This document shows, one piece after another, positions 63,975 to 64,000 of a DNA stretch of 64,000 bases. How positions within the stretch are numbered: position 1 is the first letter of the stretch; the number at the start of each line of letters is the position of its first letter. The DNA is from Candidatus Latescibacterota bacterium (GTDB lineage: Bacteria; Latescibacterota; UBA2968; UBA8231). The stretch is from the NCBI GenBank assembly GCA_965243025.1, contig CBDETY010000003.1:1376001-1440000 (forward strand), written 5' to 3'. A program made the translations under genes and the position numbers. Below the pieces are notes generated by a model. The model did not search any database. It had not been told where the DNA came from and saw nothing but the letters and a program-made list of their open reading frames with translations.

Positions 63975-64000
63975 GTGGAGGAGCATCTCCGTTTCGAAAA
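63975..64000 (+). CDS. Start of the next gene, possibly a BatA-like VWA protein (truncated by the window)
   Basis: AGGAG SD then GTG GAG GAG CAT CTC CGT TTC GAA (MEEHLRFE...). Identity inferred from context only. Confidence 0.35.

Overview
A GC-rich bacterial chromosome segment. The RpoC signature ([10 protein letters not shown]...GEIIETPI) and overall gene content suggest an FCB-group lineage, possibly Latescibacterota/Gemmatimonadota-like; this is an inference. Positions 16.8-46.4 kb hold the core translation/transcription supercluster: tRNA-Gly, tRNA-Thr, rpmG, tRNA-Trp, secE-nusG-rplKAJL-rpoBC, and the str, S10, spc and alpha operons. The left flank carries metabolic and housekeeping genes. 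The right flank carries rlmD, a sigma-54 activator, a ClpX-like ATPase and a MoxR/DUF58 cluster with an embedded GldA/F/G-like ABC module. Main oddities: (1) rplC is missing from the S10 operon and sits alone about 32 kb upstream, apparently leaderless, with its own terminator. (2) infC is solitary and starts at an AUC codon. (3) A densely base-paired ~320-nt non-coding stretch follows infC. (4) A near-consensus sigma70 promoter overlapped by two NrdR-like boxes appears to make a ~75-nt terminated RNA upstream of zapA, with no ribonucleotide reductase nearby. (5) An lhgO / divergent Rid-fold / LarA-family operon. (6) Substitutions at antibiotic-target positions in RpoB, uS5, uL4 and uS12. (7) A tandem-duplicated GldG-like protein. 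No CRISPR array, transposase or prophage was seen. All calls were made by eye, without database searches.
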